Assembly (NCBI GenBank): GCA_951406725.2
Contig: OX597832.1
Span: forward strand, 29,698,001 to 29,762,000
DNA length: 64,000 nt
Direction: 5' to 3'
Source: Octopus vulgaris
Taxonomy: Eukaryota
The position numbers and the translations under genes were made by a program. Under the pieces are notes generated by a model, which was given only the letters and a program-made list of their open reading frames with translations, was not told the origin of the DNA and made no database searches. Positions 50,601 to 59,181 of this stretch are shown here, one piece after another. Each line of letters starts with the position of its first letter. Position 1 is the first letter of the stretch.

Positions 50601-52794
50601 ACACAATGGTACATCTTTTTTTTCTTTTTTCATTCCTTAGACGTGTCTGCTTAAATTTAAGTTGTAACATACACAACCATGATACAAGGGATCTGAATAA
50701 ATGTACAATTGGTGACTATTGAAATATTTTTCCCACAATATTTCAAGAAGTTTCTCATCAGAATTCTTTCAATTTGACTAATCCTTATCTTCTGACGAAT
50801 ATCATTTAAGTGGATATTGGTGAATATTATAAAATATCACTAGGAATACTACTAGACTGCATGACCAAACTTCAATAGTAACCAAAAAAATAAGTTAAAA
50901 AAAGAAAGAAGCCATTTGAATATTTTATGAACCGCAAGATAAAAGAGTTTTGGGAAAAGAAACCCATTTATGTTGATGTTTGCCAACATGAACCAATCTG
51001 CTTTCAATGGTCTGATGCCATTATACAATACATCAGCATTGGTTGCCAAAAATAAGAAACCATAATATGCTGTGAGTAGGTCATTGGTGGTAGCCATGGT
51101 GGGTGGGGTTTTGTTAATGGAGAGGAATAAAAATGTCTATCAAAAGTAGGATCGATAAAACAGCAAATGATGTAAAAGTTCAGTTCATCATCATCATCAT
51201 CATCATTTAATGTCTGCTTTCCATGCTGGCATGGGTTGGACGGTTTGACTGAGGACTGGCAAACCAGATGGCTGCACCAGGCTCCAATCTGATCTGGCAG
51301 AGTTTCTACAGCTGGATGCCCTTCCTAACGCCAACCACTCTGAGAGTGTACTGGGTGATTTTACGTGCCACCGGTATGAAGGCCAGTCAGGCAGTACTGG
51401 CAACAGCCATGCTCAAATGGTGCTTTTTACGTGCCACCTGCACAAGAGTCAGTCCAGCGGCACTGGCAACAACCTCGCTCGAATATTTTGTTCAAGTGCC
51501 AGTAAGGCAACGCAGGTAACGATCACGCTCGAATGGTGCTTTTTATATTAAAAAATGGTTCCTAATACCATTGTGATTCAATGCATAATTCCCCAGAAAC
51601 ATCTTGTGAAGCACCTCAATCCAGATCAGTATCAACCACTCCAGATTCCAGTGAACATAATCAATAAGATCAAACGTTGAGTAAAATCTGATAGAATACT
51701 TCAACAATTCTGTGTTGAAAATGAGAATTTGTCAAATTATTCCACCATACAGAAGTATGATGACTAAGGCCATAGTCTGTACCAACTTGTGGGACTTTTC
51801 CCCTTGTACTAAAATTTCACCAAAGTAAGAACTTAGAAATAATGGCAAATATTTCAAGTAATTAAAAAATTAACATTTTCTATGTGACAGTTTATCTTTT
51901 TGCAAATTTTAATGACCTTAAATCTGCAACTTCAGGGGACACAATATGGACCTTATCAATGCTTTGTGGAAAGGAAAATACCATTATCGGACCCTTATTA
52001 GCATTAAATGCATCATTCTTTAAATAAGAAAAGGCAACTTTATTGTGATAGTGACCACCTCCCCAAAAAGAAAAACAAGGTGTTGCAGAGGAATTAATAA
52101 ACATATGGAAATTGTAGTAGTGATACCTGTACCGGTGGCATGTATAAAGCACCATCCGAACGTGGCCGATGCCAGCGCTGCCTTGACTGGCTTCTGTGCC
52201 GGTGGCACATAAAAAGCACCAACTGATCGTGGCTGCTGCCAGCCTCCCCTGGCACCTGTGCTGGTGGCATGTAAAAAGCACCCACTACACTCACGGAGTG
52301 GTTGGCATTAGGAAGGGCATCCAGCAGTAGAAACACTGCCAGATCAGACTGGAGCCTGGTGCAGCCTTCTGGTTTTCCAGACCCCAGTTGAACCGTCCAA
52401 TCTGTGCTAGCACGGAAAGCAGACATTAAACGATCATGATGATGACCGAGTGAGTTTTAGCTAACATTTGAAGATTGTTTCAGATGGCATGGAGTCGTGA
52501 GTCATGGATTTCATTATCATGGATGTCCCTGACTGAATCCTTGATCCTTCCATTAATAATTTGGATCTGGTAATGGATCTAAGGCTAGAAAGCCACAAGG
52601 ATAAACAAGAGCAGTATGCTACCGACAATATATTAAAAATAATACTTACAAGAAGATGAAACTTGAGTATCTTCTCCACATGGTAACAGATTCTGGATAA
52701 ACCACCATATGTACTCCAAACATTACTGGTTGGGGTTGCCAGTAAACCTTCCACTGTAGACTTTAAACCCATCAGTAACTCATGGTGTTGATTC
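6396..52794 (-). CDS. RUBCN: Rubicon (RUN domain Beclin-1-interacting and cysteine-rich domain-containing protein); spliced CDS span of 21 traced exons, 5' end incomplete
   Basis: Hand-spliced exons give about 962 aa. Recognisable Rubicon motifs: [18 protein letters not shown] (RUN), [129 protein letters not shown]...CPKC. All introns are GT-AG and the phases agree. Confidence 0.95.
10763..10835 (-). CDS. RUBCN: RUBCN exon ([24 protein letters not shown])
   Basis: cttcag acceptor, gtgagt donor; 73 nt, phase 1 to 2. Confidence 0.93.
13355..13771 (-). mobile_element. tRNA-derived SINE family A, internally duplicated copy
   Basis: Head GGCGGCGAGCTGGCAGAAACGTTAG, B-box GAGTTCAAATTCC, body CCTTTCATCCTTTC..GTCGATAA..AAGTACCAG present twice; TSD aatatttcaatata (13341-13354 and 13772-13785). 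Confidence 0.88.
14474..14881 (+). mobile_element. tRNA-derived SINE family A, internally duplicated copy
   Basis: Same structure; TSD tatattacccaa (14462-14473 and 14882-14893). Other family A copies lie near 2490-2920, 11580-11872, 19030-19266, 20515-20720, 25245-25460, 25790-26005, 28707-28915, 31870-32235, 47678-47860, 54100-54295 and 61320-61480. Confidence 0.88.
15257..15350 (-). CDS. RUBCN: RUBCN exon ([31 protein letters not shown])
   Basis: taacag acceptor, gtaagt donor; 94 nt, phase 0 to 1. Confidence 0.95.
16588..16662 (-). CDS. RUBCN: RUBCN exon ([25 protein letters not shown])
   Basis: tttcag acceptor, gtaagt donor; 75 nt, phase 0 to 0. Confidence 0.92.
17001..17079 (-). CDS. 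RUBCN: RUBCN exon ([26 protein letters not shown])
   Basis: tttcag acceptor, gtaaga donor; 79 nt, phase 2 to 0. Confidence 0.92.
17681..18296. mobile_element. piggyBac-like MITE (TTAA TSD) carrying a Helitron insertion
   Basis: TIR ccctttc(g/a)ttac and TTAA on both sides; empty ~220-bp copies at 22082-22302 and 36873-37093; a SINE-interrupted copy at 45257-45812. Confidence 0.85.
17853..18245 (-). mobile_element. non-autonomous Helitron
   Basis: 5' TC, 3' CTAG preceded by the hairpin cccgagcaacgccggg, inserted between A and T with no TSD. Confidence 0.85.
18324..18627 (-). CDS. RUBCN: RUBCN exon, RH domain ([20 protein letters not shown]...LKICRHASI)
   Basis: ttccag acceptor, gtgagt donor; 304 nt, phase 1 to 2. 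Confidence 0.96.
19575..19639 (-). CDS. RUBCN: RUBCN exon, RH domain ([22 protein letters not shown])
   Basis: ttacag acceptor, gtaag donor; 65 nt, phase 2 to 1. Confidence 0.95.
20194..20267 (-). CDS. RUBCN: RUBCN exon ([24 protein letters not shown])
   Basis: tttcag acceptor, gtaagt donor; 74 nt, phase 0 to 2. Confidence 0.95.
20875..20940 (-). CDS. RUBCN: RUBCN exon ([22 protein letters not shown])
   Basis: ttgcag acceptor, gtaagt donor; 66 nt, phase 0 to 0. Confidence 0.92.
21405..21552 (-). CDS. RUBCN: RUBCN exon (...[36 protein letters not shown]); second in-frame acceptor at 21546
   Basis: ctctag or cttcag acceptor, gtaagt donor; phase 2 to 0. Confidence 0.92.
22707..22743 (-). CDS. 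RUBCN: RUBCN small exon ([12 protein letters not shown])
   Basis: tttcag acceptor, gtgagt donor; 37 nt, phase 1 to 2; completes the S-DAD motif. Confidence 0.82.
23066..23565. mobile_element. palindromic retroelement with a tRNA-like head and a Penelope-type hammerhead motif
   Basis: ~230-bp inverted arms meeting near 23293; A box 23298-23308, B box 23341-23352; 12-bp flanking direct repeat aaagaaagaaac. Confidence 0.75.
23442..23485 (+). ncRNA. minimal type I hammerhead ribozyme motif
   Basis: acac-CTGATGA-a-GGCTG..CAGCC-GAAA-tGTT-gtgt; the opposite arm preserves AAACGTT. Confidence 0.7.
24036..24110 (-). CDS. RUBCN: RUBCN exon ([24 protein letters not shown])
   Basis: tttcag acceptor, gtaac donor; 75 nt, phase 1 to 1. 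Confidence 0.82.
24618..25088 (+). mobile_element. degenerate RTE LINE 3' end (same family as 28930-29730)
   Basis: WYGHVMHMD...[16 protein letters not shown] remnant followed by the same UTR and (GAT)n tail. Confidence 0.8.
25129..25179 (-). CDS. RUBCN: RUBCN small exon ([17 protein letters not shown])
   Basis: ttccag acceptor, gtaagt donor; 51 nt, phase 1 to 1. Confidence 0.8.
25459..25790. repeat. compound (AAT)n/(GAT)n microsatellite with higher-order duplication
   Basis: Read directly; lies between two family A SINEs. Confidence 0.9.
26079..26121 (-). CDS. RUBCN: RUBCN small exon ([14 protein letters not shown])
   Basis: tcacag acceptor, gtaagt donor; 43 nt, phase 0 to 1. Confidence 0.8.
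26496..26924 (-). mobile_element. tRNA-derived CORE-type SINE family B, full length
   Basis: Head GGCGCAGGAGTGGCTGTGTGG (A box), GGTTCAGTCCC (B box), CORE-like CTTGGGCAAGTG, internal (TA/TG)n, tail (TAAAAGAG)n. Resembles the octopus OR2-type CORE-SINE (from memory, unverified). Confidence 0.85.
27840..28115. repeat. degenerate (GT)n/GTGGAC microsatellite
   Basis: Read directly; the source of spurious His/Thr and Val/Cys ORFs. Confidence 0.85.
28449..28622 (-). CDS. RUBCN: RUBCN exon ([19 protein letters not shown]...[20 protein letters not shown]), PI3K-binding and coiled-coil region
   Basis: ttgcag acceptor, gtaagt donor; 174 nt, phase 0 to 0. Confidence 0.95.
28930..29730 (+). mobile_element. 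RTE-clade LINE 3' end with a subrepeat-rich 3' UTR and (GAT)n tail
   Basis: Encodes [45 protein letters not shown]; the UTR ends CCAACCCATGCTAGCATGG..GTTAAACGATGATG. Shorter copies at about 7095-7410, 9935-10240, 13000-13178, 13805-13988, 15560-15780, 30160-30500, 33610-33895, 51185-51545(-), 52125-52445, 56430-56536, 61740-61975(-) and 62310-62600. Confidence 0.85.
31141..31358 (-). CDS. RUBCN: RUBCN exon (...[24 protein letters not shown]); alternative in-frame acceptor at 31265
   Basis: ttgtag acceptor (or ttccag at 31265), gtacgt donor; phase 1 to 0; conserved GQSLISxLxxQDF motif. Confidence 0.85.
32851..33462 (-). CDS. RUBCN: RUBCN large Ser-rich, probably disordered exon
   Basis: Lies within the 216-aa ORF; tttcag acceptor, gtaagg donor; 612 nt, phase 1 to 1. 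Confidence 0.88.
34848..35019 (-). CDS. RUBCN: RUBCN exon ([11 protein letters not shown]...EQAIPI)
   Basis: cttcag acceptor, gtaagt donor; 172 nt, phase 0 to 1; open frame. Confidence 0.8.
36394..36500 (-). CDS. RUBCN: RUBCN exon, RUN domain end ([36 protein letters not shown])
   Basis: ttccag acceptor, gtaagt donor; 107 nt, phase 1 to 0; resembles the AFL..ML.CL.AVE.N...LLA.ID motif of the Rubicon RUN domain. Confidence 0.92.
37264..37317 (+). ncRNA. type I hammerhead ribozyme motif, probably a Penelope pLTR remnant
   Basis: tggatgt-g-gta CTGATGA aAGAG caataa CTCTc GAAAC AT GTA tat-acatcca; 10-bp stem I and palindromic stem III ACATGT. Confidence 0.7.
38435..38900. repeat. minisatellite: GTCAGTGCATTGTCAAT separated by variable (GT)n, about 11 units
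   Basis: Repeat units read directly from the sequence. Confidence 0.9.
39358..39790 (-). mobile_element. SINE family B, full length
   Basis: Near-identical to 26496-26924. Further copies at about 16028-16360(+), 27300-27445(-), 35168-35595(-), 39195-39350(-), 42696-42968(+), 43684-44086(-), 48010-48440(+), 59210-59400(-) and 62925-63289(-). Confidence 0.85.
40286..40507. mobile_element. second piggyBac-like MITE family
   Basis: ttaa|ccctttagcatt...atgccaaaggg; related pieces at about 15780-15933 and 48562-48812. Confidence 0.65.
41845..42248 (+). mobile_element. RTE-like LINE 3' fragment with a ~103-bp internal tandem duplication
   Basis: Encodes [25 protein letters not shown]...[19 protein letters not shown]...*; duplicated unit at about 41868-41970 and 41971-42073. 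Confidence 0.7.
43326..43632. mobile_element. Tigger/pogo-type MITE inserted in a family A SINE
   Basis: TIRs ca(a/g)tggaacctc and gaggttccactg, TA TSD; splits the SINE motif AAGTA|CCAG. Confidence 0.8.
45431..45752 (-). mobile_element. tRNA-derived SINE family C inserted in a piggyBac-like MITE
   Basis: A box TGGCCCAGTGG, B box GGTTTCGATTCC; TSD atatttaaaat (45420-45430 and 45753-45763). Confidence 0.85.
46906..47307 (+). mobile_element. non-autonomous Helitron (same family as 17853-18245)
   Basis: a|TC...hairpin...CTAG|t; near-identical to the other copy. Confidence 0.85.
47357..47579 (-). CDS. RUBCN: RUBCN exon, RUN domain ([18 protein letters not shown]...LLQFYY)
   Basis: ccccag acceptor, gtaagt donor; 223 nt, phase 0 to 1. 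Confidence 0.92.
48890..49068 (-). mobile_element. degenerate RTE-like LINE 3' end with (TGAA)n tail
   Basis: [19 protein letters not shown] remnant followed by a tetranucleotide tail. Confidence 0.5.
49071..49305. repeat. ~85-bp inverted repeat enclosing telomere-like TAACCC repeats
   Basis: Arms 49071-49155 and 49220-49305; spacer contains taaccctaaaaccttaaccctaaaac. Confidence 0.8.
50150..50400 (-). mobile_element. RTE LINE fragment
   Basis: Minus strand encodes [35 protein letters not shown]. Confidence 0.75.
52650..52794 (-). CDS. RUBCN: RUBCN exon, RUN domain start ([48 protein letters not shown])
   Basis: tttcag acceptor, gtaagt donor; 145 nt, phase 2 to 0. Confidence 0.93.
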
Positions 52795-54680
52795 CTGAAA
52801 CCAAAAATAGCAAAACATTTAATTGATGCTATACTGAACCTCCTACAATAGGAGAGGGATTAACACTGGAAGGCCTTTTAGATTGACCCCAGTGAGCAAC
52901 TGGTACTTAATTTATCGACCCCAAAAGGATGTAAGACAAAGTCGACCTCTGCGGAATTTGAACTCAGAATGTAAAGACAGATATCTCAAGAACCACTCGA
53001 TGGATTCAGATGAAACTTTCAGGGATGTTTGTCCTTGTGACTGGTATGAACTGATTAGATCGATCCGGTACCGGACAAGGATTCTGGACTATTTATCCTG
53101 TTTGTTTACTTAATTTTTGCGAGCGGTCAGGTTCGTTTTTAGTATTCTAATTTGTGAGAGCAGTTGAGTTTATTTCAGATATTCTCATTTCAAAAATCAT
53201 CTCTGACTAATCATTGAGAGGACATTGGTGTTGCCTTGGCAGAGGTTTGCACACTGGATCCAGTGTGTTCGTAACAAGAAGACATGGCAGCAAAGTAACC
53301 TTAGAATAACTAATTAAACCATTATGTATAAACATCCTGCTACAATTCTTTATTGCACTTTGTGTTTGTACAAAACTCTTTGGTGGAATAACCATTATTA
53401 CAACAGTTTTAGGTGTATGGGGAAGAGGCTCATCAAATAGAAGAGTGATTTTTCCATATTAAATAAGCAAATTGATCTAGAGTTAGAGGTTGTTACTGAA
53501 GAAAATCAGAAGGGTTTGGAGAGCAAAATAAATCCAGATAAAGCAGGGGTTTGCTATGAAGGAGATTTATGAGAGAGAGAGAGAGGAAGAGAGAGAATAG
53601 TGACAGATACACATATTGGTACTTACTAATAATATACTTTAGTAGACTACACATGTAAGTAATTACTAATCTATAATGGTAGATGTCAAAGGTGGAGAAA
53701 CACTGAAACTCTGCCAAAATATATTGGAAGGACTTCCAAGTGGCAGACTTCCGAAATTGGTTTTTAACGAGAGAAATACTGTAATACCAATATGATGAAA
53801 GTATAACATCTGTCAGTCATGACACATGAGTGATCTGTTGTTCAATCAACTGCAGTAACCACTGAATTTTCATATAATATAAATGGTTGAATATTCCATC
53901 AGATTGAATTACAGATACATTCGACCCAGCAGGATTCTACACAGTTTCCATCACACTGGTTTCGCTCATAAGGCATGAGTTGACCTGAATCTGTAGTGAA
54001 AGACACTTGCCCAAGATGACAGGTAGCGGGATCAAGTGTAGGGTCTCATCACCACAAGGCAAACTTTTTAATTGTGTTGTGCAGCCACCATTATAGGCAC
54101 ACGGGACAAAATGGTTTGTGCCACCATTTTGTCTGTCTTTATGTTCTGAGTTCAAATTCCACCGAGGTTAATTTTGTGTTTCATCCTTTCGAGGTCAATA
54201 AAATAAGTACCAGTTACTCACAGGGGTCACTGCAATCGTCTAGACCCCCAACCCTAAAATCTCAGGCCTTGTGCCTAGAGTAGAAAGGATTATTATTAAC
54301 CTTCAGGGGGCCGGTGGGGTTGGAATTACACAAAAGGCCATTGGGGTCCCGGGAATAAGTCAGTCTCTAAAAATCATTTTACATCTGAGATTGGCAATTA
54401 ATTAAATTGCTTTATCAACGACTGCTGCTGCTGCTGTTGATTGCAGGTACAAAGAAAAAGAAGGTTCAAGGCCAGGACAGTACACAGCTGATCTCAAATG
54501 AGTCCTAATTGTTTTAATGAGACAAAAACTAATATCAAAAGAAATATTCTAGAAGATAGCAAAATGTCTAAAAAAACAAGGTTTTATTTGGGGATGGCCA
54601 TTTTTTTTTTGTTTTTTTTTTCTTTTTTGCCAAATAACCACATGCACTATGTACTCAGTCTTCACTTCAGCTTTATTATT

Positions 54681-55031
54681 AGCAGCTCAGCCTTACTGAA
54701 GGCAGAGGTATTGTTTTCAGTCATATTTGTTTGTCCGTGGACAAGATATCTCAAGAACCGCTGGATGAATTTGGATGAAACTTTCAGGGATGTTTGGCCT
54801 CATGACTGGCATGAACTGATTAGATTTTGGGATCGATCCAGTACTGAATTATTTTCCTGTTTTTTTTTTACTTAACTTTTGAGAACGGTCACGTTTATTT
54901 TTAGTATTCCCACTTGTAAGAGCACTCGAGTTTATTTCAGTATTCTCATTTTAAAAATTATCTCTGACTAATCGTCGAGAGGGAGTTGGTGATGCCTTGA
55001 TGGCGGTTTGCACTCTCTGAGTGCTCTTGTT
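54681..55031 (+). mobile_element. Helentron-associated (DINE-1/HINE-like) element; partial second copy at about 52975-53255
   Basis: Subterminal inverted repeat remnant, short ttgtttgtcc tract and 3' stem-loop gcactc-tct-gagtgc; the two copies share gatatctcaagaacc...gaaactttcagggatgttt. Confidence 0.6.
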
Positions 55032-55160
55032 ATTCTTATTTTAGCATCCTAAGTATTTATATATATAGTTGGAATTTACAAAAAAAATAAACAAAAGACG
55101 AAGACGGGTGTGTAAACACAAACAGATATATTAGTTTAATACTTGGGAAAGTGAGAGAGT

Positions 55161-55196
55161 CTTTAACGTTTCGAGCCTATGCTCTTCAACAGAAAG
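55161..55196 (-). ncRNA. hammerhead-like motif with variant core (CUGUUGA)
   Basis: cttt CTGTTGA a GAGC atag GCTC GAAAC GTT aaag, inside an element at about 55068-55260 flanked by (TA)n. Confidence 0.55.
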
Positions 55197-55262
55197 GAAC
55201 ACATTAATAAGCAGAGAAAGAAAATAAAAAAAGGTTTAGTGGCTAGCGATCTATCATGGCAA

Positions 55263-55289
<27 letters not shown>

Positions 55290-55295
<6 letters not shown>

Positions 55296-55848
55296 CTCGA
55301 GGATTGAATCACCCCAGAGAGCACTCACTAAACGAATTGAAGGCATGGTTGCTCTCGATTATTGGGATCGCCTTAAAGCCTTGAAACTCTACTCTCTCCA
55401 GCGTCGCCGTGAGCGGTACATCATTTGTACGATGTGGAGAATATACCACCAACTTTGCCCAAACGACCTGAACATAAGCTTCAAGGTTCATCCAAGACTG
55501 GGACCACGGGCCATACGTCCCCTGCCCAATTCAAGATCACAGCATACTTATACACTACAACATAATTTCTTTTCCTCAACAGGCCCTGCCCTATTTAACA
55601 TTGTCCCGAAAGAGATCAAAGAGGAACAGGATCCCATCAACTTTAAACAGAGTCTGGATAGATTCCTTCAAAGAATACCAGATAAGCCACCCATAATTGG
55701 ATACAACTCACCCAACAAAAACTCACTACTTGAATGGACCATAAGCAAAACTTGACTTAACAGGATTCAAATAATCCTATCAGGTGGTGCTATTAAGTTA
55801 GACATGGCCTGGACCAATCATTAGTCGAAACACATCTAAGTTTATCTA

Positions 55849-55853
<5 letters not shown>
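55290..55853 (+). mobile_element. CR1/L2-group LINE 3' fragment inserted in (TA)n
   Basis: IESPQRALTKRIEGMVALDYWDRLKALKLYSLQRRRERY is a typical CR1 post-RT motif; tandem tail (ATCTAAGTTT)2. Confidence 0.8.
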
Positions 55854-55889
<36 letters not shown>

Positions 55890-56939
55890 GAAGTTGAAAA
55901 TGCACTGGGATTGGTTTAGATTTTTTATTTAAAAATTTTTAAAGACTAAACTGTTTTCACAGATTTCTCTGGTTTTCAAACGTTGAGCTATGCTGCAACT
56001 GTCTTGCTTCTGACTGGAGTTTAAAAAATTCTCTTGTTTTTATAGAGAGAACATGGCTCGAAATAGTATCTGTTTTGGATATGATTTGATCCAAATATGC
56101 AAATATATACATACATGTGTATTTTATATATACAAATATATATGTACAGGGTGTTCATACATACCACATACACACCCATGCACACAAATACACACTTCCA
56201 CAACCCACACTCATGTGCACACACATGCCTGCACACATAATACCCACCCCTTTGGCTACACCAACGCACCCGGACATACCCCACCTCATCCCTCTCCCTT
56301 TCATGCACACACACACACACCTGAACGCACATATACCTCAACACACACACACATGCATATGCATGTACATACACTACCACACACACACACACACACATCC
56401 CCACATGCATACATGTACACACACAAAGATTGGTGCCTGGTGCAGCCTTCTGGCTCGCCAGCCCTCAGTCAAACCGTCCAAGCCATGCCAGCATGGAAAG
56501 CGGATGTTAAATGATGATGATGATGATGATGATGATGAAAGAGAGCAACAGAGAGACACACACATGCACCCATACACATGTGCACACACATACTCTCTCT
56601 CTCACACACACACACACATGAATGGGTGGGGGGAGGCTGTGTGTGTGTTGGTATATGTGCACAGATGGGGTGGGAATGAGTATGTTTGTGTGTGCAGATG
56701 TGTATGAGTGTGTTTCTTTCTCTGTCACTTTCTCTATGTATGTATATGTGTGTGTGTGTGTGTATGTGTACATGTATGCATGTGGGGATGTGTGTCTGCA
56801 AGTGAGTGTATGTACATGCATGTTCATATGTTGTGTTTGGAAGGTTGTGTGTGGAGGTATGTGTGTGTTCATGTGTGTGCACACATGCATGTGTGGGAGA
56901 AGGGCGTATGTGGTGTGTGGTATAGGAATATAAACACAT

Positions 56940-56981
<42 letters not shown>

Positions 56982-58819
56982 AATGTGAAGTTTGAAATAA
57001 TGGTGAAACTTAACCAACTTTTTACTAATGAATGAAAACAACCTAACACCAAACAATAAGAAAGGTCAATTGAGACCAAAGTCGGTTCCAGGATTCCATT
57101 TAGTTATAATTCTAATAAATTATGAAAAAAGAAATAGAGGTTTTGGGGGAAATTCATGGAAGTTTGGTGGGGAAAAAACCGAAGATTTGGTGGTGGGGGT
57201 GGGGGAAATAATGAAGGTTTGGGGGGAAAATAACGAAGATTTAGTAGAAAATTAATGAAGATTTTATGGGAAATTAATGAAGATTTGGTGGAAAATTAAT
57301 GGCATCAAGGGCTGTGATTTTTTAGCAATGAAATGTTTTTGGGTTGAGTCAGTCTACATAACCATAACACATCAATGAACAACCTATATACAATTTCTGA
57401 ACCTGCTAAAATTAGCAGCTAAATTTCCCTCAAATCACACCTTACTCTCTTACAAAAAAAAAAACAGTCAGTCTGGACAATATAATGCTGGATGTACAAA
57501 AAGACAGGATGGTCATACTGGAATGTCTTTAAATCAAGGGTTTGGTGGATTAGAAGTGACCTTGGGTTAAACAACAACAACAACATACCATAAAAGGCAA
57601 AAGTGACAACTCGATGTTGGAAGTTTGCTGAGAGATCATGAGAGTGGAAAACTTTAAAAAATTAGTACAGAATAATTAACAAAACAAGTTAACTAACAAA
57701 GGCTAACTTAATTAACATAATAAACACATGAAGAAGTCTCTAGAGATAATCTTTCAACCTGCTGGAAATAGCAGCAAATCTTCCTCAAGGTCTATCTGCT
57801 CTGTTAGAACTGACCTGGTGTTAAACAACAACAACAACCAAAACATTATTAGCTGTGAAAGATACACAACAAATCAACACCCACAGTTGTTTTGTTTTTT
57901 GTTTGGTTTTCTGTTGTAAATGTTGAAGGAATAAAACTGCCAAGGGGCCAAAACGGTAGAACATTTAGAAAACAAAACAAGGAGAGGACATTTATAGGAA
58001 TTACCAAATTCTCAAAGAGTACATACCAATAAGAAGAAGACAAGAGGGTATGGATAAGAATTATCGAGTTTACAAAGAGAGATAGAGAGGGTACATACCA
58101 ATAAAAGCTGTCTGATTGACTCCTAAGTTTTTGGCAGTAGGCATTACGAGTAGCAAATACCCTTATTTTGGTATAATCTCCTGACATAATCAACGGTTAC
58201 ATTTATAAGCAAGATTTTTCTAATCCTGAGACGCAGGACATTAGCGGATATCACAGACAGAACTTTGTCAACCGACATTACACAATCGAATGAAGAACCT
58301 TGCCCTGTTCACTATGAAAGAAAGTGATAATACAATATTTATTCTGCCCTCCACCGTTCGCTATCTCACAGGTTCTGACTCATTATTTGTTGGTAATCCT
58401 TATCTCTGTTGATAATGTATCTTTACCCACATCCACAAACAGAATTTACAACTGTGCTTTGCCGGAGATTTAGTTTATCTTTCGAGATTTCCTATCAAGA
58501 AATTTCATTCAATTGTTGGGCAAACTTCCTGCAGGAGATGAGAGAGAGAGACATTTCGTTTGCTTTAAAAGAAACCTTGGTTAAAGCACCAGAATCCTGT
58601 CAAAGAAATGGCTGCAGGAAAACTAAACAAGACTGTGATGGTGGTGATGATGATGATGATGATGATGAGAGTTGGCTGACTGATGTGGTGTGTGTGGACA
58701 TTAATTGAGACCAGGCCAAAGTCATTGCTAAAGTCTGCTCTAAAATCAAACAGTTTGATTATGATCTGATCTGAGTGAATGGAGAAGTTTCTAACACCTG
58801 GGACATAAGGGACAATTGT

Positions 58820-59120
58820 AGGGGGGCGGGCAGGGAAGAGAGAAGGGGAGAAGGGAAGAGAGGGGAGAAGAGAGAGTAAGAGATAAGGGAAGAGAGAGGG
58901 AGGGGAGAGAGGAAGAGAGAGATAAGGGGAAAGAGAGAGGAAGAGAGATATAAGGGAAGAGAGAGAGGGATATAAGGGAAGAGAGAGAAGAGAGGTGGGA
59001 AGAGAGAGAGGGAAAGGGAAGAGAAAGAGATGGGAGAGAAAGAGAGAGAGGGGAGAGAGAAAGAGAGGGGGAAGGGAGAGAGGAGAGAGAGAAAGAGAAG
59101 GGGGAAGAGAGAAAGAGAGA
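58820..59120. repeat. polypurine (GA-rich) tract
   Basis: About 300 nt almost entirely A/G on the + strand. Confidence 0.85.
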
Positions 59121-59143
59121 CCATTCAGCTGTAAAACACTAAT

Positions 59144-59181
<38 letters not shown>

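Noticed and set aside
55345-55755. Independent 136-aa host gene
   Set aside because: It is the C-terminal part of a CR1-type LINE ORF2 with a tandem-repeat tail.
56021-57079. Long His/Thr- and Cys/Val-rich ORFs of up to 196 aa (also at 27705-28407, 38442-38988 and 41428-41898)
   Set aside because: They are translations of (CA)n/(TG)n microsatellites, open in several frames, with no splice or homology support.
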